Shown: piece after piece, positions 28,346 to 36,318 of the stretch
Position numbering within the stretch: position 1 is the stretch's first letter
Layout: every line of letters begins with the position of its first letter
DNA from: Bacteroidales bacterium
Lineage (GTDB): Bacteria; Bacteroidota; Bacteroidia; Bacteroidales; F082
Length of the DNA: 36,318 bases
Reading direction: 5' to 3'
Assembly (NCBI GenBank): GCA_027018745.1
Contig: JALUYM010000370.1
Span: forward strand, 1-36,318
Program-made: the position numbers and the translations under genes
Notes under the pieces: generated by a model
The model's input: the letters and a program-made list of their open reading frames with translations, nothing else
What the model was told of the DNA's origin: nothing
Database searches by the model: none

Positions 28346-28536
28346 GGAGAGTTAGCAGTTAAGTATTGCCATTGTTATGGTTTTTTAATTGAAGTTGTTT
28401 AAAATTAACTCGTTATTAATTTATTCTTTATGAGTATCTTATCAGGAACAAAATATCCTGAACTTTAAATAACTTCCATATAAAAAATCCTTCATAAAAC
28501 ATGACATATCAAAAATATCACATAAAACATATCACA

Positions 28537-29688
28537 TCAAAAATCTCCAACCCCGCTCCCTCTTCTCACCGCCTTTTCCCCGAAACGTTTCCGGATATGG
28601 TCCATGACTTGGTACAGGTTGGCTCGTTCCGGTTTTTCATCAAAAAGATCCAGTTGCTGGTAGCTGCCAATCAGCCTGCTGAAGCGTATCCCGATAAGCC
28701 GGATGAGCATACGCCGTTGGTAAAGCCGGTCGAAAAGTTCCAGCGCCGTGGGGATCAGGATGTGGTCGAAAGCGGTGTAGGGGAGGTTGCGTTGTAATGT
28801 GTGCGTGTCGAAATTGGCATAACGGATTTTTACCGTAACGCACCCGGTGAGTTTGTGTTGGCTGCGTAATTCGAAAGCAATTTTTTCCACCATGGCAATA
28901 AGGATGCTGCGCAATAGTGGCAGGTCGGTAGTGTCGCGGTCGAAAGTACGCTCGGTGCCGATGGATTTCCGTTCGGAATAGGGAATGACCGGCGAAGGGT
29001 CGATGCCGTTGGCTTTTTTCCAGATGACCAGCCCGTTTTTGCCCATGACCTGCATAAGCATTTCCGGTGGGATCAGACTTAGCGTGCGGATGGTGAAAAC
29101 ACCCATGGAGCGCAGCAGGCGGTAGTTTTTGGGCCCCACCATGGGGAGTTTCCGTATGGAAAGCGGAAACAGGAATGGCTTTACCTTTCCGGGCGGGATG
29201 TACAGTTCGCCGTTGGGTTTCGATTCCCCAGTGGCGATTTTCGATACGGTTTTGTTGACCGACAGACCGAAAGAAATAGGCAATCCCGACTCTTTTATGA
29301 TACGCCGGCGCAGTTCGTGAGTCCATTTCAGACTGCCGAAAAAGCGGTCCATGCCGGTGATGTCGAGATAATGCTCATCGATGGAAGCTTTTTCATAAAC
29401 GGGGGCGCTTTCGGCGATGATCTCCGTTACCAGCCGTGAATAGCGGCTGTAGCGTTCCATGTCGCCCCGGATAAAAACAGCATTTCCGCACAACTGCTTT
29501 GCCATCCGTACGGGCATGGCCGAATGTACACCAAACTGCCGGGCTTCGTAACTGCAACTGGCCACCACGCCCCGGTCGGAAAGGCCGCCGATGATCACCG
29601 GTTTACCGATCAAAGTGCTGTTTGTCAGCCGTTCCACCGAAACAAAAAAGCTGTCCAAATCCAAATGTACAATCGTCCTTTCCTTCAT
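28537..29688 (-). CDS. dinB: DNA polymerase IV (Y family)
   Basis: IVHLDLDSFFVSVE, RGVVASCSYEAR.FGVHSAMP, ASIDEHYLD, KPNG, RKSIGTERTF. Confidence 0.95.
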   Translation of the reverse strand: MKERTIVHLDLDSFFVSVERLTNSTLIGKPVIIGGLSDRGVVASCSYEARQFGVHSAMPVRMAKQLCGNAVFIRGDMERYSRYSRLVTEIIAESAPVYEKASIDEHYLDITGMDRFFGSLKWTHELRRRIIKESGLPISFGLSVNKTVSKIATGESKPNGELYIPPGKVKPFLFPLSIRKLPMVGPKNYRLLRSMGVFTIRTLSLIPPEMLMQVMGKNGLVIWKKANGIDPSPVIPYSERKSIGTERTFDRDTTDLPLLRSILIAMVEKIAFELRSQHKLTGCVTVKIRYANFDTHTLQRNLPYTAFDHILIPTALELFDRLYQRRMLIRLIGIRFSRLIGSYQQLDLFDEKPERANLYQVMDHIRKRFGEKAVRRGSGVGDF

Positions 29689-29995
29689 ATATGAAAATTT
29701 TTTGACAAAAAACTTGATATTCATGTAATATTGATTAAAAATTAACCAATATTACGGCTACAATATAATCATTTTAAATGAAGGGAAAGCACAAAAAATA
29801 TGAAGGCACAAAGGACGGCTTTTTAAGCAAAGAACTCCTGAAACAGTTCAAAGATTCCCGCAAATTCGCTTCCTTCATTTATGAAATTTACAAATGTGGC
29901 GGGGAATTATTTTAAATTAATTCATTGCTATCTTTGAGGATAGAATTAAACCATAAAAGAAATGAAAGCTGGCGGATTGTCTGAAGAAGTGCCAT

Positions 29996-30493
29996 TCATT
30001 CTTCCGGTGTTTGTTCTTTGAGATGAAACAACAGTTCTTCCAGAAATTTTTTTGTTTTATGGTAAATTCCGGGGCTGTTTGATTCCCGTGGCCCGACGAT
30101 GTTGATGTCGGAAATATTATAGCTTCTCAAAAGGTTTAAAATACCTATTTCCTGGTCTTCTACATTCATATTGAAATGAACCACATAAACGGGTTTGTTT
30201 AATTTTTCCGCATGGTCCATGGCCAAAATGGTTCCTTTGTCTGGTTTCCCATCCAAAAAAACCAACAGCCCCTGACCTTCTTCTACGTTTTTTCTGGTGC
30301 GTACCTTGTAATGCGAAGATGCTGTTTCTTTTAAGGGATATGAAAGGGGAATGATGCCATCTTCTGCCATGCGTCCTTTAGGGCACCATCCAAAACAATT
30401 TATGTGATTCTCCAGGGCAAAGTCCAAAGCCGCCCTGTCAACTCCAGTCTGTCCTCCCGAAATTATGCGCAGCGACTTTATTAGTTTCAACAT
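29996..30493 (-). CDS. Putative molybdenum-carrier / YpsA-like SLOG-family protein
   Basis: IISGGQTGVDRAALD, GWCPKGR.AEDG, RT.KNV, NIVGPRES. Confidence 0.85.
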   Translation of the reverse strand: MLKLIKSLRIISGGQTGVDRAALDFALENHINCFGWCPKGRMAEDGIIPLSYPLKETASSHYKVRTRKNVEEGQGLLVFLDGKPDKGTILAMDHAEKLNKPVYVVHFNMNVEDQEIGILNLLRSYNISDINIVGPRESNSPGIYHKTKKFLEELLFHLKEQTPEE

Positions 30494-30496
30494 AAA

Positions 30497-32800
30497 TCAT
30501 TTCCCATAATTAACAAAATCTCGTTGGGCTTTGAATAAATTGATGGCTTGTAAAAATAAATTCTTACTTTCATCGAGCAAATTTAAGAATAAAATACTGT
30601 TTCTTGTGCCCACTTCTTTCATTTTAATTCGCTGGATTTGATTTTTTCTATATAATTTTATATGTCTCAGTCCTTTAGCTTGTTCCTGCAGGAGGAGTTC
30701 CTGGGTTGAATAATCTGCTTTTACAATGCTTTCCAATGTGATTTTTAAAACTTTCTCTATGTGAAAAGCCAAATGTTTCAATTCTTCTATCTGTATTGGT
30801 TTCAGTGGTTTATGGTTGTTGTCTACGTGTTTTAGTGCATGGGTTGAAAAGAAAGAAATACTGTGTACCATTTCGCGCATGTAGTCCATGGCCTGAACAA
30901 GAAATGAACCCGAATCGATGGTCATCTCATCCAAACGTTCGATCACAATGTTGATGTGGTCTTTAATATATTTGGTCCTGACAGCCATTTCATCGATTTC
31001 CTTTTTGGTTTTTCTCAAACTTTTTACACTTTCTTTTTCTAATCCTTCAATAGTATGACGGTATTCGCGAATGACCCGTTTGAGGTTACCGGCTACGAGG
31101 GTGAGGAAACGTTCCGATACATTTTCTTCTGTAACACCGTAAACTTCTTCTTCAACTTCTTTTTCTTTTTCAACCCTGTTTTTATGGGATACAGAGGTAT
31201 GGTACATCATATAAAATACCAAAAGGGCAACAGCAAGAATACTGAACAATCCCAAATAGGCGAATATGATGGCCAGGGTAAAAGCAATGGTGAAAGCTGT
31301 CAATGCTGTCAAGAACCAACCGCCGATAACCGAAAAGACACCTGATATCCGGTAAACGGCGCTTTCCCTGTCCCAGGCGCGGTCGGACAGGGAAGCTCCC
31401 ATGGCGACCATAAAAGTAACGTAGGTGGTAGAAAGGGGAAGTCGCAACGAAGTGGCAAAAGCAATCAAAACACTGGAAACGACAAGGCTGACGGAAGCCC
31501 TGATCAGGTCAAAAGCAGGGGCGCCGTTTGCACCTGCTTCTTCTTTTATTTCTTCATGATACGGCTCAAATTGTTTTTCAATAGCATTTACCAAAAATTG
31601 AGGGGTTATTTTTTTTATTCCCTTTGTCATATTTATGGAAGAGCGGACCAGTATTTTTGAAACCGTATATGGTTTGAAACGTTCATCACCTTCTTCCTGA
31701 CGGCTCAGGTCTACGGATGTTTTAATAACCGTTTTGGCTTTTTTGGACAAATAAAGTGTAAAAACCATGATAACACCGGCAACAAGTAAAAATAAGATGG
31801 GAGTGGGGACCTTGCCGGTGAGGGCTACCATTCCAAGGGTGTGCGGGTCTGCGCCAGGATGTTTTAAATAGATTAAAAAGGCATCATAGCCGGCAATGGG
31901 AACGCCGATAAAGTTGACCAAATCATTACCTCCCCAGGCCATGGCCAATGCGAAAGTACCACCCAGGACAATGGTTTTCAGAATGTTCAAATTAAAGAGC
32001 CAGTTCAAGGCCTGGAGCAAAATGGTCCAGCCCAGAAAACTATAAAGCATGATAAGCCCCGAATGGCCCTCTATCCATATTTTGGTTTCGGGAGAAATAA
32101 AAGTAGCATGGCTGGCCCCTTTTATCAGAATAAAATAAGTAATGGCACTAAAAGAAATCCCTCCCCACATGCCTCCAAACCATCTCATACGGGCCTTGTA
32201 ATTGAAAGTAAAAACAATACGGACGAGGTATTGAATAATAGCACCTGCCACAAATGCCACTGCAACAGAAATCAGTATCCCTGAAATAATGGCGAGGGCT
32301 TTTTCCGAATTGATGAACGATCCCAGATTGATTTTTTGGTGTATGTCGGCAATAATATGATTGGAGACAAGGTACTTTTTGAAAGAAAGCATGGCTTGCG
32401 GAGAAGAAGACAGTTTATATATGGACATCCCCACGGAAGCACCCAATAAGTCAAATACAATGGAAACCGTGGTGGAAGTCGGCATTCCGAAAGTGTTGAA
32501 AATGTCTAACAGAATAATGTCAGATAGCATCACCGCCACAAAAATGATCATGATCTCGGAAAAATAAAACATTTGGGGGTGAAATATCCCTTTCCGGGCC
32601 ACTTCCATCATACCACTGGAGAAAAGTACCCCGAAAAGAAGCCCGAGAGCAGCAGTAGCTACTATGATTTTAAATGGCCCTACTTTTGAACCTACTGCCG
32701 AGTTTAAAAAATTAACGGCATCATTACTTACGCCCACTACCAAATCAAAAGCGGCAAGTAAAAACAGGAAGCCTAATAAGACTACATAAAGTGTTTCCAT
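30497..32800 (-). CDS. Inorganic phosphate transporter (PiT family) with a C-terminal PhoU-like helical domain
   Basis: GVSNDAVNFLNSA, G.PTSTT, GGNDLVNFIG, LPLSTTYVTFMVAMG; soluble C-terminus containing HVDNNHKP. Confidence 0.9.
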   Translation of the reverse strand: METLYVVLLGFLFLLAAFDLVVGVSNDAVNFLNSAVGSKVGPFKIIVATAALGLLFGVLFSSGMMEVARKGIFHPQMFYFSEIMIIFVAVMLSDIILLDIFNTFGMPTSTTVSIVFDLLGASVGMSIYKLSSSPQAMLSFKKYLVSNHIIADIHQKINLGSFINSEKALAIISGILISVAVAFVAGAIIQYLVRIVFTFNYKARMRWFGGMWGGISFSAITYFILIKGASHATFISPETKIWIEGHSGLIMLYSFLGWTILLQALNWLFNLNILKTIVLGGTFALAMAWGGNDLVNFIGVPIAGYDAFLIYLKHPGADPHTLGMVALTGKVPTPILFLLVAGVIMVFTLYLSKKAKTVIKTSVDLSRQEEGDERFKPYTVSKILVRSSINMTKGIKKITPQFLVNAIEKQFEPYHEEIKEEAGANGAPAFDLIRASVSLVVSSVLIAFATSLRLPLSTTYVTFMVAMGASLSDRAWDRESAVYRISGVFSVIGGWFLTALTAFTIAFTLAIIFAYLGLFSILAVALLVFYMMYHTSVSHKNRVEKEKEVEEEVYGVTEENVSERFLTLVAGNLKRVIREYRHTIEGLEKESVKSLRKTKKEIDEMAVRTKYIKDHINIVIERLDEMTIDSGSFLVQAMDYMREMVHSISFFSTHALKHVDNNHKPLKPIQIEELKHLAFHIEKVLKITLESIVKADYSTQELLLQEQAKGLRHIKLYRKNQIQRIKMKEVGTRNSILFLNLLDESKNLFLQAINLFKAQRDFVNYGK

Positions 32801-32864
32801 CGGGGAAATTTTTTGTATTGAATAGGCAAAATTAAATAAATGCGTTTTCTGGTAAGGTTTCTAT

Positions 32865-32880
32865 GTTAAGAAATCGTTAA
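32865..32880 (-). promoter_or_regulatory. TTAAC direct repeat with 11-bp period (Pho-box-like) upstream of PiT
   Basis: TTAACgatttcTTAACA on the minus strand; -7 element TAATTTTG at 32827-32834. Confidence 0.5.
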
Positions 32881-32951
32881 TTCTTGTTTTATGCAATTTT
32901 ATCTTTCTTCCTGTCAGTTGTTTATCTCTGTTTTCGAAAGCAGGGAATATC

Positions 32952-34160
32952 CTAAATCCTAACATCCAGGGCATCGCGCAAACTGTTGCCGAGGGTCATA
33001 AATGCCAACACCAGGATAACAATGGCAACACCCGGAATAATAGCAAGATACGCTGAGTTAAGGACAATATAACTATAATATGCTTTGATCATGTTTCCCC
33101 ATGATGGAACAGGCGGCTGTACGCCGATGCCCAAAAAACTCAGACCGGCTTCGATGAGTATGGCGGCTGCAAAATTCGCAGCAGAGATAACAATGACCGG
33201 ACTTAAAATATTGGGCAATATGTGCCGCAACATAATACGGAAATTGGAATACCCCAAAGCAAAACCAGCTTCAACATACTCTTTTTCCCTCACACTCATC
33301 ATTTGCCCCCTTACTACGCGGGCTACCTCTACCCACATGGTGAGCCCGACGGCTACAAAAATCTGCCAAAAGCCTTTGCCCAAAGCAAAAGTGATGGCAA
33401 TGACGAGCAACAGGGTGGGAAGCGACCATACTACATTAATGAACCACATAATCAGTTCATCCACTTTTCCCCGGTAAAAACCGGCCATAGATCCAAGCAA
33501 TATCCCGACGATTAATGAAATGGCTACCGAAATGAAGCCTACCGAAAGGCTGATCCGTGTGCCCAACAGGAGCCTGCTGAGCAAATCGCGCCCAAATTGG
33601 TCGGTGCCCAGCCAGAATTTTTTGGTAACGAGGTTGTTATGTAATATAATGCTTTTTAATTTGGCTATTGATATATGATGCTTTTTTCCGTTTAAGGTAG
33701 TGTATTCAATGGTGTTTCCAATAACAGCCTGCTTTCCGGAGACAGGAAAGACCACGTTGGCCAGCGAAAAAGATTTTGTCAGGCCGCTGTTGTCTTCATC
33801 AAATATTTTTACAACGATTTTTCCTTTCTCAAAATGATAATTTGAAACAGGAACATAAAGAAAACGGTCTTTTCTGCCGGAGAATAATTCATGTAACCAT
33901 CCCTCTTTTGCCAGTTGCTCGTTTTTTCTCACTTTTAGCATTTTTACCTGGAAGCCCGGTTTCTGAGTGGCCAGTTCCAGATTTTGGCGGTTGGCATCAG
34001 GGGAGGGGTCGGGGATAATGACATAGGCAAACAATCCGATGAGCAGTGCCAAACCGATGACACACAGGGCGGCCATCCCCTGGATATTTTTCTTGAAATT
34101 TTGCCAGGCCAAACGTGAAAGGGAGCCGGAAGATTGATTTTTTACCTTTTTTCGAAACAT
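32952..34160 (-). CDS. Peptide ABC transporter permease (OppC/DppC-like)
   Basis: WLGTDQFGRDLLSR, ARVVRGQ...REKEYVEA (EAA loop), RHILPN, EAGLSFLGIG.QPP.PSWG. The track's upstream extension overlaps tRNA-His and is rejected. Confidence 0.92.
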   Translation of the reverse strand: MFRKKVKNQSSGSLSRLAWQNFKKNIQGMAALCVIGLALLIGLFAYVIIPDPSPDANRQNLELATQKPGFQVKMLKVRKNEQLAKEGWLHELFSGRKDRFLYVPVSNYHFEKGKIVVKIFDEDNSGLTKSFSLANVVFPVSGKQAVIGNTIEYTTLNGKKHHISIAKLKSIILHNNLVTKKFWLGTDQFGRDLLSRLLLGTRISLSVGFISVAISLIVGILLGSMAGFYRGKVDELIMWFINVVWSLPTLLLVIAITFALGKGFWQIFVAVGLTMWVEVARVVRGQMMSVREKEYVEAGFALGYSNFRIMLRHILPNILSPVIVISAANFAAAILIEAGLSFLGIGVQPPVPSWGNMIKAYYSYIVLNSAYLAIIPGVAIVILVLAFMTLGNSLRDALDVRI

Positions 34161-34276
34161 CGGACCAAAAGTAAAAAATCCCATCAATAATCCTGTTTTA
34201 AAGGAAAATAATTTTCGCAAAATTTTTTTGTCCCTTTTGAAAATTGAAAAATGTTGTATATTTGCGCCCCTGAAAT

Positions 34277-34352
34277 GGTGGATGTAGCTCAGTTTGGTTA
34301 GAGCATCGGATTGTGGTTCCGAGGGTCGTGGGTTCGAGCCCCACCTTCCACC
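34277..34352 (+). tRNA. tRNA-His(GUG) with encoded G-1
   Basis: G-GTGGATG/CTTCCAC-C acceptor, GCTC/GAGC D stem, TCGGA-TTGTGGT-TCCGA anticodon arm, GTGGG-TTCGAGC-CCCAC T arm. Promoter element TATATTTG at 34257-34264. Confidence 0.96.
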
Positions 34353-34376
34353 CCCAAACAGAGACAAAAATCTGTA

Positions 34377-34415
34377 AAACCGCTTAAATCTTTGGATTTG
34401 AGCGGTTTATTTTTT
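34377..34415 (+). terminator. Intrinsic terminator after tRNA-His
   Basis: AAACCGCTTAAATC/GATTTGAGCGGTTT stem followed by a T run. Confidence 0.8.
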
Positions 34416-34518
34416 GGGGACAATCCGTGGTTTCTTTAAATGACTGTCCGGAAAACGGGTTTCACGTAAAACTGCCTTTTCGCGATGCTTTGTCTTTGCT
34501 TCATGAAATATTTTGTGG

Positions 34519-34556
34519 TAACAATTTCATAACAATAATTTAATATTAAATTAAAC
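34519..34556 (+). promoter_or_regulatory. Tandem TAACA-like repeats with 11-bp period (Pho-box-like) upstream of the porin gene
   Basis: TAACA 34519, TAACA 34530, TAATA 34541, TAAAC 34552. Confidence 0.55.
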
Positions 34557-34673
34557 TAAGGCTGAAAATGTTGGTGTTCTTTTGCATTTGAAAATAAAGA
34601 CCATTTATTACAAAAGATGGCTGTTTCATCATGGTAAGTCTGTATGGCCAATGAAATATAAAATTATTAACAC

Positions 34674-35663
34674 ATGAGAAAGTTTACTTTAAGCATGATT
34701 TTATTGTTTCTTATCGGTAGTATGACCGGCCAAAGTTTCAAAACCGATGACAATTTTAAGTCATCTGGTAAACCCTTTGTGAAAATATTTACCAATTTTC
34801 ACAGCAATTTTACCAATGGAAAAACCTACAGCATTTTTGAAGTAAAAAGGGTGTATTTTGGTTATGTGTATGCATTTAATAAATACTTTTCAGAAAAAGT
34901 GAACCTCGATGTGGAAAATCTTGTTTTAGGCCATCAGCAGACGAAGATTTATCTGAAAAATGCGTTGGTACAATATGACAAAAACGGTTTCAAAGTACAG
35001 TTCGGGCTCCTCGGTACCACTGCTTTCAAACTCATGGAAAGATGTTGGGGCAACCGTTATCTTTTCAAATCTTTCCAAGACCAGAATGGTTTCAACCCAA
35101 GTGCTGACTTTGGCATTGTGGTAACATACCGGTTTTTTTCTTTCCTGAGTACCGATTTTTCTATTTATAATGGAGGAGGATACAAACACCCCCGGCCCGA
35201 CAGCACTTTTAAATATGCTTTTGGTATTACCCTGACGCCGGTCAAAAGACTTCTTTTCAGGGCTTATTATGATGTCATGAACTATAAAACTACCGCGCAA
35301 CAGACCTTTTCCTTTTTTGTTAATTATAACGGTGGAGGTCTGAACGTGGGTGCTGAATATGACAGACAGATAAATCACGAGATGGTTCCCGGGAAAAATT
35401 ATCAGGGTTGTTCGTTTTTTGCCGGTTATCAAATCAAAAAAGTAAAAATCATTGCCCGCTATGACTATTTGTCATCAACAATAATGGCCGGACAAACAAC
35501 TTCCTGGAACGATAAAAAGGATGGACAAACGGTTATTGCCGGTTTGGAAATCCATCCCGTGAAAGGGGTGAAGGTAACACCTAATCTTCAGGTATGGATA
35601 CCCAACAATGTCACCTTGCAAACTTTAGCGGGCGCCTATTTGAGCATGGAAATCAAGTTTTAA
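34674..35663 (+). CDS. Outer-membrane porin, phosphate-selective porin (OprO/OprP)-like
   Basis: Signal peptide, FEVKRVYFGY, YLKNA, WGNRYLFKSFQD, SADFG, ARYD, amphipathic beta strands and a C-terminal Phe. Confidence 0.7.
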   Translation: MRKFTLSMILLFLIGSMTGQSFKTDDNFKSSGKPFVKIFTNFHSNFTNGKTYSIFEVKRVYFGYVYAFNKYFSEKVNLDVENLVLGHQQTKIYLKNALVQYDKNGFKVQFGLLGTTAFKLMERCWGNRYLFKSFQDQNGFNPSADFGIVVTYRFFSFLSTDFSIYNGGGYKHPRPDSTFKYAFGITLTPVKRLLFRAYYDVMNYKTTAQQTFSFFVNYNGGGLNVGAEYDRQINHEMVPGKNYQGCSFFAGYQIKKVKIIARYDYLSSTIMAGQTTSWNDKKDGQTVIAGLEIHPVKGVKVTPNLQVWIPNNVTLQTLAGAYLSMEIKF

Positions 35664-35799
35664 ATACAGGGCTGGTTTTTTTCAATGAAGTTGTTTAAAG
35701 TTTAAAATAAAACTCAATTATAAAGACTTGTAAATCAGCAAATAAATCTTATGACGAACTGGTGAGTATTGGTTTTGGACATCTTCTTCTGTTTTTTAA

Positions 35800-36165
<366 letters not shown>

Positions 36166-36172
36166 CATTTTG

Positions 36173-36247
36173 TGGGAACTACTGGATTCGAACCAGTGAC
36201 CCCCTGCTTGTAAGGCAGGTGCTCTGAACCAACTGAGCTAAGCTCCC
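36173..36247 (-). tRNA. tRNA-Val(UAC)
   Basis: GGGAGCT/AGTTCCC-A acceptor, GCTC/GAGC D stem, CCTGC-CTTACAA-GCAGG anticodon arm, ACTGG-TTCGAAT-CCAGT T arm. Confidence 0.96.
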
Positions 36248-36266
36248 ATTATTTTGTACTCAGTTT

Positions 36267-36318
36267 CCAGTGACCCTCCCGACCTGTTGGTCGGGATGCT
36301 CTGAACCAACTGAGCTAA
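36267..36318 (-). pseudogene. Second partial tRNA-Val copy (5' portion, runs off the window) with the anticodon arm replaced by TCCCGAC-CAACAG-GTCGGGA; truncated in the T arm
   Basis: 36297-36318 is identical to 36220-36241 and 36267-36276 is identical to 36193-36202; the hairpin lies at 36277-36296. Confidence 0.82.

Noticed and set aside
28492-28545. Degenerate ATATCACAT/CATAAAACAT short repeats downstream of dinB; possible CRISPR or tandem array
   Set aside because: Too short and irregular. No constant repeat-spacer pattern or cas genes were seen anywhere in the window.
22311-29688. Apparently higher GC in argS, CGL and dinB suggesting horizontal transfer
   Set aside because: An impression only, not computed. 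The genes are Bacteroidota-type with native promoters and there are no island boundaries.
34161-34367. N-terminal extension of the ABC permease ORF
   Set aside because: It is antisense to tRNA-His and its promoter; the likely start is 34160.

Overview
Chromosomal window from a Bacteroidota (Bacteroidales-like) bacterium. The assignment rests on TAnnTTTG promoter elements before many genes, Bacteroidota-type Lgt, Lon, L31-B and GlmU-like proteins, and largely absent Shine-Dalgarno sites. Most of the window is housekeeping: lgt, miaA, parE, rpmE2, lon, argS, dinB, a PiT phosphate transporter, tRNA-His and tRNA-Val. It also carries a hybrid kinase-CheR-CheB module and several sulfur-metabolism units (DUF134-NifX-Met/Cys lyase; Crp/Fnr-DUF2892; CBS-CGL reverse transsulfuration). 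Three observations stand out. (1) An unannotated, nearly leaderless 23-aa ORF ending in seven consecutive Cys codons (MKKTTTYPLIFITTTSCCCCCCC, 28037-28108, minus strand) lies upstream of the cysteine-producing CBS-CGL operon and is followed by a G-free pyrimidine tract, suggesting a cysteine-sensing attenuator. (2) At the right end, a small GIY-YIG nuclease gene and tRNA-Val(UAC) are flanked by partial tRNA-Val copies whose anticodon arm is precisely replaced by a TCCCGAC-N6-GTCGGGA hairpin that recurs elsewhere in the window, suggesting a minimal tRNA-targeting selfish element. (3) A kinase closely resembles eukaryotic nicotinamide riboside kinases. Candidate operators (CRP-like box, DUF134 palindrome, Pho-box-like repeats, a sigma54-like site before lon) and several REP/MITE-like repeat families are also visible. 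All calls were made by eye; no database searches were run.
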